Assembly: GCA_036012755.1 (NCBI GenBank)
Contig: DASCPX010000059.1
Location: 64,001-128,000 of the forward strand
Direction of reading: 5' to 3'
DNA from: Myxococcota bacterium
GTDB taxonomy: Bacteria; Myxococcota_A; UBA796; CAJQPC01
Length of the DNA: 64,000 nucleotides
The position numbers and the translations under genes are program-made. The notes under the pieces are model-generated. The model was not told the DNA's origin. It saw only the letters and a list, made by a program, of their open reading frames with translations, and searched no databases. How positions within the stretch are numbered: position 1 is the first letter of the stretch; each line of letters starts with the position of its first letter. Below, piece by piece: positions 38,646-47,882 of this stretch.

Positions 38646-40740
38646 GCTGACGCCAGCGCAGGTCGAGGCCGTCGCTGGCTATCTGGACGCTGCCCTGGTC
38701 GGTCCGCAGGACACGACTGTGGCGCAGGGCCCCCAGCGTGGCAGCGTGTGGGTGGCCGAAGCGGCTCCAGCGGCCGCAGGAGATCACCGAGAGCGCGGGA
38801 TCGAGGACCTCGACGAGTTCTCCGCTGGAGGAGGTGCGGCTCCCGTGGTGGGCGACCTTCAGCACGTCGACCTCTCGGACGAGGCCGACGAGGACCGCCT
38901 CTGCGTCGCGCTCGATGTCCCCGGTGAAGAGCAGGCGGCGCCGACCCCAGGAGAGCTCCATGACCAGTGAGCTCTCGTTGGCGTCATCGAGATGATCGAG
39001 GATGAACCCCGGGCTCGGATGGAGCACCCGCCAGCCCGGCAGCGTGGGGTGAGCGGGACCGAGGACGGCGACGCCGCGTGCCCGAGCGCCCTCTACGAGC
39101 GCGGCGTAGTCGTCCTCGCCCTCCAGCGGAACGCGCGGAAGGCGCAGTGCGTCGACCTCCAGCTCTTCCAGGACCGGGACGAGACCGCCGTAGTGATCCG
39201 GGTGAGGGTGGCTGAGGACGACCTCGTCGAGGTGCACGACGCCTCGGCGTCGAAGCCAGCGCAAGAGTCGATCTCCGGGAGGACCCCCGTCGACGAGCAG
39301 GACGTCCGCGCCCTCGATCAGCGCGGCGTCGCCTTGACCGATCGCAGGGAAGGTGACACGCAGCTCCGTGGGGATCGGTCTGAGCGACAGCGCGAGCAGA
39401 GCCAGCCCGAGGCTCGCGAGGCGATCTCGAAGCAACAGCGCCAAGAGCAGCGCGAGAGCGCCCAGACTCCCCACGGCAGGGACGAGCACGGGGCCCTCGA
39501 CGAGGGCCAGCCATGACAGGGTGAGGTCCCAGGCCGTGTCGGCGAAGGCCATCGGGAGCAGGTTGCCCCGCGACGCCAGGAGCGAGCCGGGCAGTGCCAC
39601 CCAGCCGACCAGCGGCACGGCCACGAGGTTCGCGAGCGGGGCGGCGAGGGGGAGCTGCTGGAAGGTCCAGGCGGTCATCGGCAGGGTGCCGAGGGTCGCT
39701 CCGAGAGTGGCTCCGACGCTGCGCACCCCCCAGCGGAGCAGGCGAGGTGAGTCCGGGGGCAGGTAGCGCTCGAGTCGCGGACTCACCGTCAGGATGCCGA
39801 GGACCGCGCCAAAGGACAGCCCGAAGCCGAGACCGCGGACCGCGCCTGGGTCGCCGATGGCCACCAGCGCGGCTGCGATGCCGAGGAGGTTCCAGGGCCG
39901 AACCCCGCGTCCCGAGGCGGAGCCGACCAGGGCGCCAGCCACCATCCAGGTCGCTCTCCGGGCAGACACCGGCCAGCCGACGAAGTGGGCGAAGGCCCAG
40001 GCGACGCCGAGCCCGACGAAGACCGGCACCAGGCGCACCAGCCGGTCGTGGTGGAGGAGCGCGAGGGGTCTGACGAACAGGGTCGCGAGCCCCGCGGCCA
40101 GGGCTGCCAGCAGGCCCACGTGGAGCCCGCTGATCGCCAGCAGGTGGATGGTGCCGGTGCGCTGCAGCAGGGCAACGTCCTCCTCCCGCACCAGGCTCCG
40201 GTCACCGAAGGCCAGAGCCTGGAGCAGGCCCTCGTGCTCAGCGGCCGGGAAGGGCCGCGCACGCGGCGGGGCGTCGCTGGTCCAGTCCGTCGCCAGCAGG
40301 CGGTTGCGGAGACCGGCCGTGCGAGCGCGCAGGACCGGATCCGGTTCGCCGGGGAGGTGCAGCTCCCAGTCCGGACGGAGGCGCCCGAAGGCGGCCAGGG
40401 TGCTCCCGGCGGGGGGCGCAGGGTCCGGAAGCCAGACCTCGATGGGGCCGTCTTCGGTCCGCAAGGAGGCCCGGTGCCCCCCGCTGTCGTAGACCACGCC
40501 GGTGACCGAGGTGTAGGCCTCTGCGCGCGGTCGGGCACCGTCATGCAGGCCAGGTGCGGCCGAGCCGACCAGGAGCGCGGCGCTCCAGGCCGCCAGGGGC
40601 GCCACCCGCCTGCCGAAAAGAGCGCAGACGCCCAGCGCACCGACTCCGAGGAGCAGGGTTGAGACCTCGGGTTGCCAGTGTGGCCAGAGCCAGACACCGA
40701 CGACCACGAGAGCTCCCGGGACAAGGCAGGGGTCGCGCAT
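38542..40740 (-). CDS. comEC: ComEC/Rec2 DNA uptake protein
   Basis: HLLAISGLHVG, GFGLSF, GQGDA, SHPHPDHYGG, LFTGD, KVAHHGS, FGHPH. Confidence 0.93.
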   Translation of the reverse strand: MRDPCLVPGALVVVGVWLWPHWQPEVSTLLLGVGALGVCALFGRRVAPLAAWSAALLVGSAAPGLHDGARPRAEAYTSVTGVVYDSGGHRASLRTEDGPIEVWLPDPAPPAGSTLAAFGRLRPDWELHLPGEPDPVLRARTAGLRNRLLATDWTSDAPPRARPFPAAEHEGLLQALAFGDRSLVREEDVALLQRTGTIHLLAISGLHVGLLAALAAGLATLFVRPLALLHHDRLVRLVPVFVGLGVAWAFAHFVGWPVSARRATWMVAGALVGSASGRGVRPWNLLGIAAALVAIGDPGAVRGLGFGLSFGAVLGILTVSPRLERYLPPDSPRLLRWGVRSVGATLGATLGTLPMTAWTFQQLPLAAPLANLVAVPLVGWVALPGSLLASRGNLLPMAFADTAWDLTLSWLALVEGPVLVPAVGSLGALALLLALLLRDRLASLGLALLALSLRPIPTELRVTFPAIGQGDAALIEGADVLLVDGGPPGDRLLRWLRRRGVVHLDEVVLSHPHPDHYGGLVPVLEELEVDALRLPRVPLEGEDDYAALVEGARARGVAVLGPAHPTLPGWRVLHPSPGFILDHLDDANESSLVMELSWGRRRLLFTGDIERDAEAVLVGLVREVDVLKVAHHGSRTSSSGELVEVLDPALSVISCGRWSRFGHPHAATLGALRHSRVLRTDQGSVQIASDGLDLRWRQLIPGSGWTSWLDVPARTPPSATAPPPPRRSPGPV

Positions 40741-40818
40741 GGCTGCGCCGCGTCGCAAGCGGCGTGCCGGACTCCTCGGGGTCCTGGCTCGCCGGAAAAC
40801 CCAGGTTCGTCCGTCCCC

Positions 40819-40838
40819 AGGGTGTCAGAGGGTGTCAA
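40819..40838 (-). promoter_or_regulatory. 10-bp direct repeat TTGACACCCT/CTGACACCCT upstream of comEC, containing a perfect TTGACA
   Basis: AGGGTGTCAG AGGGTGTCAA on the + strand in the divergent intergenic region. Confidence 0.4.
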
Positions 40839-40877
40839 CCCTCCCCTGTCGGATTCCCGGGGCGTACCGTACCCCCC

Positions 40878-41573
40878 ATGTTCGAGTTCTTCTTGTGGCT
40901 GCCGGAGCCCTCCCTGCTGGCGCCCTCGCTCGCCGATCCCAGGGCTCCGATCTCCCAGGTCACGACTCGCTTCGGTGACGATCGCCTCGACGCCACGTTG
41001 GGCATCGACGCGCCGCTGGTCCAGGTCCACGCCGTGCAGCTCCACCTCGTCGCAGCGGGGTGGATGTCCTTTCGCCAGGACGGGCCGTTGACATACGCGC
41101 TGTTGACCTTCGACGGCACCTTCGGAGTCCCCGTGCAGGTCGAGTACGAGCGCTGGCGCTTCGAGGGTGGCTGGCAGCACCAGAGCGCCCACCTCGCCGA
41201 CGGCACGCGCATGACCGGCGAGCGGCACATCCCGATCAGCTACTCGCGAGAGGTCCTCTGGACCCGGGTCGCCGCGGAGCTCGGCCCGGTGACTCCCTGG
41301 CTCGGGGGCAGCTTCCTCGCGCGGTCTACGCCGGCTCTTTCTCCCTGGGCGGTCCAGGCAGGAGCGCAAGCCCAGTGGCGCTTCCTCTTCGCCTCGGTTG
41401 ACCTGCAGCTGCGAGCCGAGGACCCCGATCTCGCAGTCGGCGCCTGGCTCGGCGTGCAGCACGACCAGCGCGTCAATTTCGGCCTCTACGGGTACCGGGG
41501 CCCCGACCGTCGCGGCCAGTTCCTCGGCGAGGACGACACCTGGGTGGGGCTCAGGCTCGCGCTTCGGCCCTGA
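40878..41573 (+). CDS. DUF1207-like outer-membrane beta-barrel protein
   Basis: LADPRAP, HQSAHLADG, YSRE, RGQF motifs; beta-strand alternation. Confidence 0.65.
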   Translation: MFEFFLWLPEPSLLAPSLADPRAPISQVTTRFGDDRLDATLGIDAPLVQVHAVQLHLVAAGWMSFRQDGPLTYALLTFDGTFGVPVQVEYERWRFEGGWQHQSAHLADGTRMTGERHIPISYSREVLWTRVAAELGPVTPWLGGSFLARSTPALSPWAVQAGAQAQWRFLFASVDLQLRAEDPDLAVGAWLGVQHDQRVNFGLYGYRGPDRRGQFLGEDDTWVGLRLALRP

Positions 41574-41612
41574 GCGCAACGACGAGTGCCCCCGCGAGAT
41601 AGTCCGGTTCCG

Positions 41613-42782
41613 ATGCGTCTGAACCCCGTCATGTCCCAGCTGCACACCTACCCGCAGATCGCCCTCGACCGGAAGAAGGAAGAGGTCCTGGCGCGCGGTC
41701 AGGCCCTCTACGACTTCGGCACCGGCGATCCGATCGAGCCCACTCCGGAGCCGATCCGACAGGCGATCAAGGACGCCGTGCCGGTGATCTCGCAGTACCC
41801 GAAGGTCCAGGGGCCGCGAGCCCTGCGCGAGGCCATCGCCAGCTACCTGGGCCGTCGCTTCGATGTCGGCGTCGACCCGGAGACACAGGTGTTGCCTACC
41901 TCGGGCAGCAAGGAAGCGGTCTTCCACCTGCCCTTCCTCGTCATCGATCCACAGGTCGAGGACAGGCTCGTGGTCTTCCCCGATCCCGGCTACCCGGCCT
42001 ATGACCGCGGCGCGCTGTTCGCTGGCGGTGAGCCCCGGATGCACCGGCTGGAGGGGGGCTGGCGGCAAGCACCCTGGGAGGTCCCGCCAGAGGTGCTCGC
42101 CCGCACCCGGCTGATGTGGGTCAACTCCCCCCACAACCCCAGCGGCGGCTTCATGACCCGCGACGAGCTGCGCAGGACACACGAGGTCTGCCAGGAGCAC
42201 GGCATCCTCCTGGCCTCCGACGAGTGCTACGCGGATGTCTACTCCGGGCATGCGCCGCCGAGCCTGCTCGAGGTCGCCCGCGAGGACATCCTCGTCTTCC
42301 ACTCCCTGTCCAAGCGCTCCGGCATGACCGGCTACCGCTCCGGCTTCATCGCTGGGGATCCGAAGTGGATCGCGGCCTACCGCCGCTTCCGCATCAACCC
42401 CGGACTGGTCCCCCAGGACACGGTCAACGCAGGCGCCACGGTCGCCTGGGCCGATGACACCCACGCCACCGAGCGCCGTGACCTCTTGCGCCGCAAGAAG
42501 GCCCTGTTCCGCGAGTTCTTCGACAGCGTCGACCTCGGCGTCACGGCCTCGCAGGCGACCTTCTACTTCTGGCTGCGCTGTCCGGAGGGTGTGGACGACG
42601 AGGCCTACGCCCTGCGGCTGCTCGAGGCGGGCATCGTCGTGAGTCCGGGCTCCTACTTCGGGCTGTCCGGAGCGGGCAGGGGTTACATCCGCGTTGCCAT
42701 GGTGCCCCCCATGGAGCGCTGCCGCGAGGCCATCACCGTGTGGCGCCGGGTCCACGAGGAGGAAGGTTGGCTCCAGACCTGA
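41613..42782 (+). CDS. dapC: PLP-dependent class I aminotransferase, probably succinyldiaminopimelate transaminase
   Basis: GSKEAVF, NSPHNPSG, SDECY, HSLSKRSGMTGYRSG; adjacent to dapD. Confidence 0.85.
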   Translation: MRLNPVMSQLHTYPQIALDRKKEEVLARGQALYDFGTGDPIEPTPEPIRQAIKDAVPVISQYPKVQGPRALREAIASYLGRRFDVGVDPETQVLPTSGSKEAVFHLPFLVIDPQVEDRLVVFPDPGYPAYDRGALFAGGEPRMHRLEGGWRQAPWEVPPEVLARTRLMWVNSPHNPSGGFMTRDELRRTHEVCQEHGILLASDECYADVYSGHAPPSLLEVAREDILVFHSLSKRSGMTGYRSGFIAGDPKWIAAYRRFRINPGLVPQDTVNAGATVAWADDTHATERRDLLRRKKALFREFFDSVDLGVTASQATFYFWLRCPEGVDDEAYALRLLEAGIVVSPGSYFGLSGAGRGYIRVAMVPPMERCREAITVWRRVHEEEGWLQT

Positions 42783-43579
42783 AATCCCGCATCGAGGCCG
42801 CCTTCCGTCGCGAGCTGGACGACGAGGCCGGCTGGGCTGCCACTCGAGAGGCCGTCGCGGCCCTCGATCGTGGCGAGCTGCGAGTGGCAGAGAAGCAAGG
42901 AGACACCTGGGTCGTCCACCAGTGGCTGAAGCAAGCTGTGTTGCTCTGGTTCCGCTACTCCCAGATGGAGGTCCACGAGCTTTCGCCCTTCACCTTCCAC
43001 GACAAGGTGCCGATCAAGTCCGACCTCGCCGCCCAGGGCGTCCGCGTCGTGCCCCCGGGGGTCATTCGCTACGGCGCCCACTGCGAGCGCGGCGTCGTCG
43101 TGATGCCCGGCTACGTCAACATCGGCGCCCGGGTCGGGGCCGGCAGCATGGTCGACACCTGGGCCACCGTGGGCAGCTGCGCCCAGATCGGCGCCGGCGT
43201 CCACCTCTCCGGCGGTGTCGGCATCGGCGGGGTGCTCGAGCCCCTCGGCGCCCGCCCCGTCGTCATCGAGGACGGGGCCTTCATCGGCAGCCGCTGCATC
43301 GTCGTCGAGGGCGTCCACATCGAAGCGGAGGCGGTGCTCGGAGCCAACGTCGTGCTCACCGCCTCGACCCCCATCGTCGACGTGCGAGGCCCGGTCGAGG
43401 TCGTCGAGAAGGGCCGGGTGCCAGCGCGCTCGGTGGTCATTCCCGGGACCCGCCCCAAGCGCTTCCCAGCCGGCGAGTACGGCACCCCCTGCGCCCTGAT
43501 CATCGGCCAGCGCAAGGAGTCGACGGATCGCAAGACCTCGCTGAACCAGGTCCTCCGAGAGTTCGCCGTCGCCGTCTGA
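42767..43579 (+). CDS. dapD: Tetrahydrodipicolinate N-succinyltransferase
   Basis: LDRGELRVAE, WLKQAVLL.F, DTWATVGSCAQIG, HLSGGVGIGGVLEP. Confidence 0.95.
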   Translation: MAPDLKSRIEAAFRRELDDEAGWAATREAVAALDRGELRVAEKQGDTWVVHQWLKQAVLLWFRYSQMEVHELSPFTFHDKVPIKSDLAAQGVRVVPPGVIRYGAHCERGVVVMPGYVNIGARVGAGSMVDTWATVGSCAQIGAGVHLSGGVGIGGVLEPLGARPVVIEDGAFIGSRCIVVEGVHIEAEAVLGANVVLTASTPIVDVRGPVEVVEKGRVPARSVVIPGTRPKRFPAGEYGTPCALIIGQRKESTDRKTSLNQVLREFAVAV

Positions 43580-43594
43580 GGCTAGACTTCGAGG

Positions 43595-45040
43595 GTGAAG
43601 CCCCGCTTCGTCCTCGCCGGCATCCTGGTCGTGCTCGCCGCCGTGATGCAGATCGGCGCCTTGCCGCTGTTGGACGAGGAGTCCTACCTGGACATGGCCA
43701 GGCAGCTGGACTTCAGCCGGCCCTACGACTGGTGGCGTCCCTGGCAGCCCTGGGGCCACGAGCAGCCTGACGACGCCTACCTCTTCGCCCATCCCCCCGG
43801 CCACCTGTGGTGGATCGCGGCCGTAGGCGGGACCTCTCTCGCTGCGCGCCTGTTCGCTGTCCTGCCCTTCGCCGCGCTGCTCGGCTTCTCGGCGGGCGCC
43901 CTCTCCGAGCGCTATGGGGGCTGGATGGGGGTCCTGCTCTTCGCCACGAGCCCCATCCTCTGGCTGTCGCTGCAGGCCGGCATGCTCCCGGATCTCCCGG
44001 TGGCTGCCCTGGGCACTGCCGCTGTCGCTGCCTGGGTCTGGCGCAAGCCTGTCTGGGCCGGGCTGGCCCTCGCCGCAGCGGCCTCGTGGAAGTACCCGGC
44101 GCTCGTGCTGGTCCTGGTCTTCGCCATCGACGGCTGGCGCGATCGACGCGCCCTCCTTCGGCTCCTCGGCGCCTTCGCCCTGCCCTGGCTTGGGCTGCAG
44201 CTCTACCTCGCGTTCCAGTACGGCGAGCCCCACCTCTGGCATGTGCTCTCCACCGCCCCCGAGATCGGGCGCGGGCCCATCGGCGGACGGGCCCTCGGCA
44301 CGCTCTTCCGCCTGGGGCTGGCCTGCCCCCCGGCCTGGTTGGGCCCCGTCACCGTCGCGTCCCTCCTCGGAGGTGGCCTTGCCCTGGTGCCGGAGGCCGA
44401 CGGTCGATGGATCCTGGTCGTGCTCGGCGTCCTCGGCGCTGCGCTGTTGCTGAGGGTCCTCGAGGGTCTGCTCCGGCCTCGCCGGGCTCCCGAGCGTCTG
44501 CTCGCGATCTGGGTCCTGCTCGTGCTCGCCTCTGTGGTCCTCGGCCACAACTACGCAGGCGGACGCTACCTGCTCCCGGCGGTCCTGCCGCTGGCGCTGC
44601 TGGTGGGCGCTCGCCTCCCTCGACCGGCCGCGATCCTCGCGCTGCCCTTTGGAGCCCTGGCGCTGTCGATGGTGCTGGCCGAGCGGGCTCATGCGCAGGC
44701 ATCTGGCGAGATCGCCGAGATGGTCTCGCACCACGCACCGGCTCGTTTCACGGGGGAGTGGACCTTCCGCCACGCCATGACCGAAGACGGCCACACCTTC
44801 TGGAGCCCCGGAGAGCCGCTGTCGTCCGGGGACGTGCTCATCGTGCCGACCCACTCCAGCCCCGCCCCGATCCCCGAGGGCCTGGTCCCCATCGACGAGG
44901 TCCACAGCACCACCGCGGGCAGCTTCCGCCTAGTCGATCTCGAGGTCGGCATCGGCTACCACGCCGAGACCCTCGGCCCCCTGCCGCTGGGCTTCGGGGA
45001 GGGACCCCGAGAGAGCGCGAGGGTGTACCGCGCGCCATGA
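43595..45040 (+). CDS. GT-C (PMT/ArnT-like) membrane glycosyltransferase
   Basis: DEESY acidic loop after the first TM, HPPG, polytopic helices, RYLLP. Confidence 0.7.
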   Translation: MKPRFVLAGILVVLAAVMQIGALPLLDEESYLDMARQLDFSRPYDWWRPWQPWGHEQPDDAYLFAHPPGHLWWIAAVGGTSLAARLFAVLPFAALLGFSAGALSERYGGWMGVLLFATSPILWLSLQAGMLPDLPVAALGTAAVAAWVWRKPVWAGLALAAAASWKYPALVLVLVFAIDGWRDRRALLRLLGAFALPWLGLQLYLAFQYGEPHLWHVLSTAPEIGRGPIGGRALGTLFRLGLACPPAWLGPVTVASLLGGGLALVPEADGRWILVVLGVLGAALLLRVLEGLLRPRRAPERLLAIWVLLVLASVVLGHNYAGGRYLLPAVLPLALLVGARLPRPAAILALPFGALALSMVLAERAHAQASGEIAEMVSHHAPARFTGEWTFRHAMTEDGHTFWSPGEPLSSGDVLIVPTHSSPAPIPEGLVPIDEVHSTTAGSFRLVDLEVGIGYHAETLGPLPLGFGEGPRESARVYRAP

Positions 45041-45846
45041 GGATGCCGAGCTTCGAGGCGCTGTTGCTCCGGGACGCGCTCGTTCGCGAGGAGGTCTGGG
45101 ATCGCTACCGGCGGGACCTGTCCTGGTTTCCGCCCGTGACGCTCGCGCTGATCGCGGCCTGTCTGCTGCTCCATGTCGCCGCCGTCCAGCTCTCCGCCGA
45201 CCTGGGCCTGCTCATGGCAGCGACCGGAACCCTGCCCCGAGACGTGCTCTTCGTGCTCGGGGGACGCCACGTCGACGAGGTCGCCGCGGAGCCATGGCGG
45301 CTGGCGTCCTGCCTCTTCGTGCACGGAGGGCCCCTGCACCTGGGGCTGAACGTGCTCGCGCTCTACGGGCTCGGGCGGCTCTGCGAGGCCCTCTACGGTC
45401 CAGCACGCTTCCTGTTCCTGTTCCTGGTCAGCGGCCTGGCGGGCTCGGTCCTGTCCTGGGCGGGCGGCGTGTCGATGTCGGTGGGCGCCTCCTCTGCGGT
45501 CTTCGGGTTGCTCGGCGCCGGCGTGGTCTTCGGCCTCGTCCAAGGTCGACACCTGCCCTCGAACCTGCGCCGGGTCTTCGGACGCCGGCTGATCCCGTGG
45601 GTTGTACTGAACCTCGTCATCGGGCTGGCTCCCTTCCTGCGCATCGACAACCTCGGCCATCTCGGGGGCCTGCTCGGCGGCATGGTGGTGGCGGTGGTCC
45701 TCGGCGACCGCGTCATTCCCTGGGGAAGGCGGTTCTCTGGGGCTGGCTGGGCGATGCTGGCCTTCAGCGTCCCCGTGCTGGCCTGGGCAGCCTTCGAAGT
45801 GGGGCACGCGTACTTCGCTCTGTTGGGGTACGCAGACCCCACATGA
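45037..45846 (+). CDS. Rhomboid family intramembrane serine protease
   Basis: EPWRL..LFVHGG.LHL..N, VGASSA, IDNLGHLGG. Confidence 0.9.
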   Translation: MRMPSFEALLLRDALVREEVWDRYRRDLSWFPPVTLALIAACLLLHVAAVQLSADLGLLMAATGTLPRDVLFVLGGRHVDEVAAEPWRLASCLFVHGGPLHLGLNVLALYGLGRLCEALYGPARFLFLFLVSGLAGSVLSWAGGVSMSVGASSAVFGLLGAGVVFGLVQGRHLPSNLRRVFGRRLIPWVVLNLVIGLAPFLRIDNLGHLGGLLGGMVVAVVLGDRVIPWGRRFSGAGWAMLAFSVPVLAWAAFEVGHAYFALLGYADPT

Positions 45847-45879
45847 CCCACGACAGCGCGGAGTTGCCCGGTTTTCGGT

Positions 45880-45895
45880 CGGCACGGCGCTTGCT
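45880..45895 (+). promoter_or_regulatory. Sigma-54 (-24/-12) promoter
   Basis: CGGCACGGCGCTTGCT matches TGGCACG-N4-TTGCW with exact GG-N10-GC spacing, about 40 bp upstream of an RBS and ATG. Confidence 0.7.
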
Positions 45896-45920
45896 TTGCT
45901 TTGCTTTGCTTTGCTTTGCT
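45891..45920. repeat. Pentanucleotide microsatellite (TTGCT)x6
   Basis: Six perfect copies; unusually AT-rich for this sequence. Confidence 0.97.
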
Positions 45921-45936
45921 GGACACGGAGATCGTC

Positions 45937-46230
45937 ATGCCCGACAAGCAACGTCGAGTCAGCGGACCGCTGGGCCGCACCTTCAATCGCATCCTCGGGA
46001 AAGCGGACAACGCCGCCGACACCGCAGACATGGCCTTCAACCGCGACCTGCTGAAGCGCTACCTCGACAGCGATCTCCAGCTCGCAGAGGGCGAGTGGTG
46101 GCGAGGCAAGAAGCTCAACGGCGTCGCCGACGCGCTGATGGAGACCCTCGACAAGGACGGGGACGGCAGCGTCTCCTGGGGAACTCGAGGGGGGCTGATA
46201 GAACCTCGCTTGGAGGTTCCCGATGCCTGA
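45937..46230 (+). CDS. Small EF-hand-containing protein, possibly truncated
   Basis: GGAG RBS; LDKDGDGSVSW EF-hand loop lacking the position-12 Glu in this frame. Confidence 0.55.
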   Translation: MPDKQRRVSGPLGRTFNRILGKADNAADTADMAFNRDLLKRYLDSDLQLAEGEWWRGKKLNGVADALMETLDKDGDGSVSWGTRGGLIEPRLEVPDA

Positions 46231-46690
46231 ACTCACGCACATCGACGCAGAGGGCAACGCTCGTATGGTCGAGGTCGGCGGCAAGCAGGTCACCGATCGC
46301 GAAGCCACCGCAGAGGGCTGGATCACCCTCGGAGAGGAGGCGGCCAGCGCCATCGCCGAGCGCCGGATCGCCAAGGGCGACGTGCTCGCGATCGCCCAGC
46401 TCGCGGGCATCCAGGCTGCCAAGCGCACCTCCGATCTGGTGCCCCTGTGTCACCCGATCCCGCTCACTGGAGTGAAGCTCACCTTGGAGCAGGCGGGCAC
46501 CCGGGTCCATGTCCGCGCGCGGGTGCGCTGCAGTTGGAGGACGGGGGTCGAGATGGAGGCGCTCACCGCTGTGAGCGCTGCGTTGTTGACCGTCTACGAC
46601 ATGGTCAAGGCCGTGGACAAGGGCCCCGTGATCGGACCGATCCAGCTCCTCGAGAAGTCCGGCGGAGACAGCGGGCGCTGGGCCCGCTGA
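46223..46690 (+). CDS. moaC: Cyclic pyranopterin monophosphate synthase
   Basis: LTHID..G.ARMVEVG.K, KGDVL, PLCHP, TGVEMEAL, YDMVKAVD, EKSGG. Confidence 0.96.
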   Translation: MPELTHIDAEGNARMVEVGGKQVTDREATAEGWITLGEEAASAIAERRIAKGDVLAIAQLAGIQAAKRTSDLVPLCHPIPLTGVKLTLEQAGTRVHVRARVRCSWRTGVEMEALTAVSAALLTVYDMVKAVDKGPVIGPIQLLEKSGGDSGRWAR

Positions 46691-46691
46691 G

Positions 46692-47831
46692 TCAGCGGTC
46701 GGCCTTCCAGTTGCGGCGCTGGTCGCTGGAGTAGACGACCTCGACCTCCGCCAGCTCCGAGGTGTGGACGTCACCCTCGTTGCGGAAGCCGCTGGCGTCC
46801 AGGAGCGCCTTCAGGCTGCCCTCGTCGGCCTCGGCCTCGGTGGGCGGCTCGGGGGCGTGCCTCATCTCGAGGGCGGCGAGCAGGTTGTCGTCGCTCCGCC
46901 GAGCCTGATCCGCGAGGTTGTGGAGCACGCTCTCCCACCAGGTCACGCCGGCCTGGCGCGGCGGGTTGCGGAAGTGCTCGGCGTCGATGCGGTAGAGCCA
47001 GCTGGGCTTTCGAGCCACACACGAGGCGGTGCGAGGCCCCGGCTCGACCAGGGCGTTGCATCCGAACTGGCCACCGGCCGCGAGGGTCACGAGTCGCTTT
47101 GCGCCGCCGCGGACATGGCGGAGCACGTCCACCGCGCCGGTCCCGATCAGGTACATCGCGTCCCCTTGCTCCCCCTCCAGGAAGATGACCTCCCCCTCGT
47201 CGACCGACTTGGAGGTGAACGAGGCTGTGAGCGCCAGCACCGCCTCCGGAGGGGCGTGCGCGATCCCGGGCTGCCTCCTCAAGAGCGGCGCGAGCGGGGG
47301 ACAGTCGCCTCCGGACCCGCCCGGTACGAGCTTGCGCCAGGCCTTCACGAGCGCCGAAAGCTCCTGCCTGCTCGGGGCGACCGTGTCGTGTCGCGCTGCC
47401 TTGGCGATCGCGGCGCTGGCCTCTCGCACCCGGCGCACCACCGACAGGGTCGCCACCTTCACGAGGGCCTCGTAGACCGAGCTGCGGGTCTCGCGCAGGG
47501 CGCGGATCTGGTGGGCTGGCAGCGTCGCGATCAGGCTGTCCTCTCTCGCGATCACGTCGGCCGAGTGCACTGCGCCGTGGAAGAAGGCACCCTCCTCGCC
47601 GAGGATGGCCCCCTGGGACAGTGTCTTCAGCTGGTGGTCGCCTACCTGGAGGTAAAAGCCGCCGCTGAGGACGACACCCAGCTCGTGGGCGGCCTGGCCG
47701 CGTGGCCAGAGGACCTGGTCGGCGGCCACCCGCAGCGGATGCCACAGAGGCGCGCAGCGGATCAGGTCCTCCATCGAGGCGGTCTTCATGAGGCCCAGCC
47801 CCGCCAGTTGCTCGTGCGCGATCGTGCCCAT
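46692..47831 (-). CDS. Protein with two cyclic-nucleotide-binding domains
   Basis: GAILGEEGAF...HSADVIA and IFLEGEQGDAMYLI..G...GGQFG...PRTASCVA. Confidence 0.85.
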   Translation of the reverse strand: MGTIAHEQLAGLGLMKTASMEDLIRCAPLWHPLRVAADQVLWPRGQAAHELGVVLSGGFYLQVGDHQLKTLSQGAILGEEGAFFHGAVHSADVIAREDSLIATLPAHQIRALRETRSSVYEALVKVATLSVVRRVREASAAIAKAARHDTVAPSRQELSALVKAWRKLVPGGSGGDCPPLAPLLRRQPGIAHAPPEAVLALTASFTSKSVDEGEVIFLEGEQGDAMYLIGTGAVDVLRHVRGGAKRLVTLAAGGQFGCNALVEPGPRTASCVARKPSWLYRIDAEHFRNPPRQAGVTWWESVLHNLADQARRSDDNLLAALEMRHAPEPPTEAEADEGSLKALLDASGFRNEGDVHTSELAEVEVVYSSDQRRNWKADR

Positions 47832-47882
47832 CAGCCCGAGTATAGGGGCGTGGTAGCGTCCACTGGTCACGGCCTGAGATCG

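Noticed and set aside
39789..42755. Very long opposite-strand ORFs (also 1425-3956, 25026-27230, 42683-44905 and the upstream part of 46692-49949)
   Set aside because: Shadow frames typical of high-GC DNA; they lie antisense to genes with clear family motifs and have no motifs of their own.
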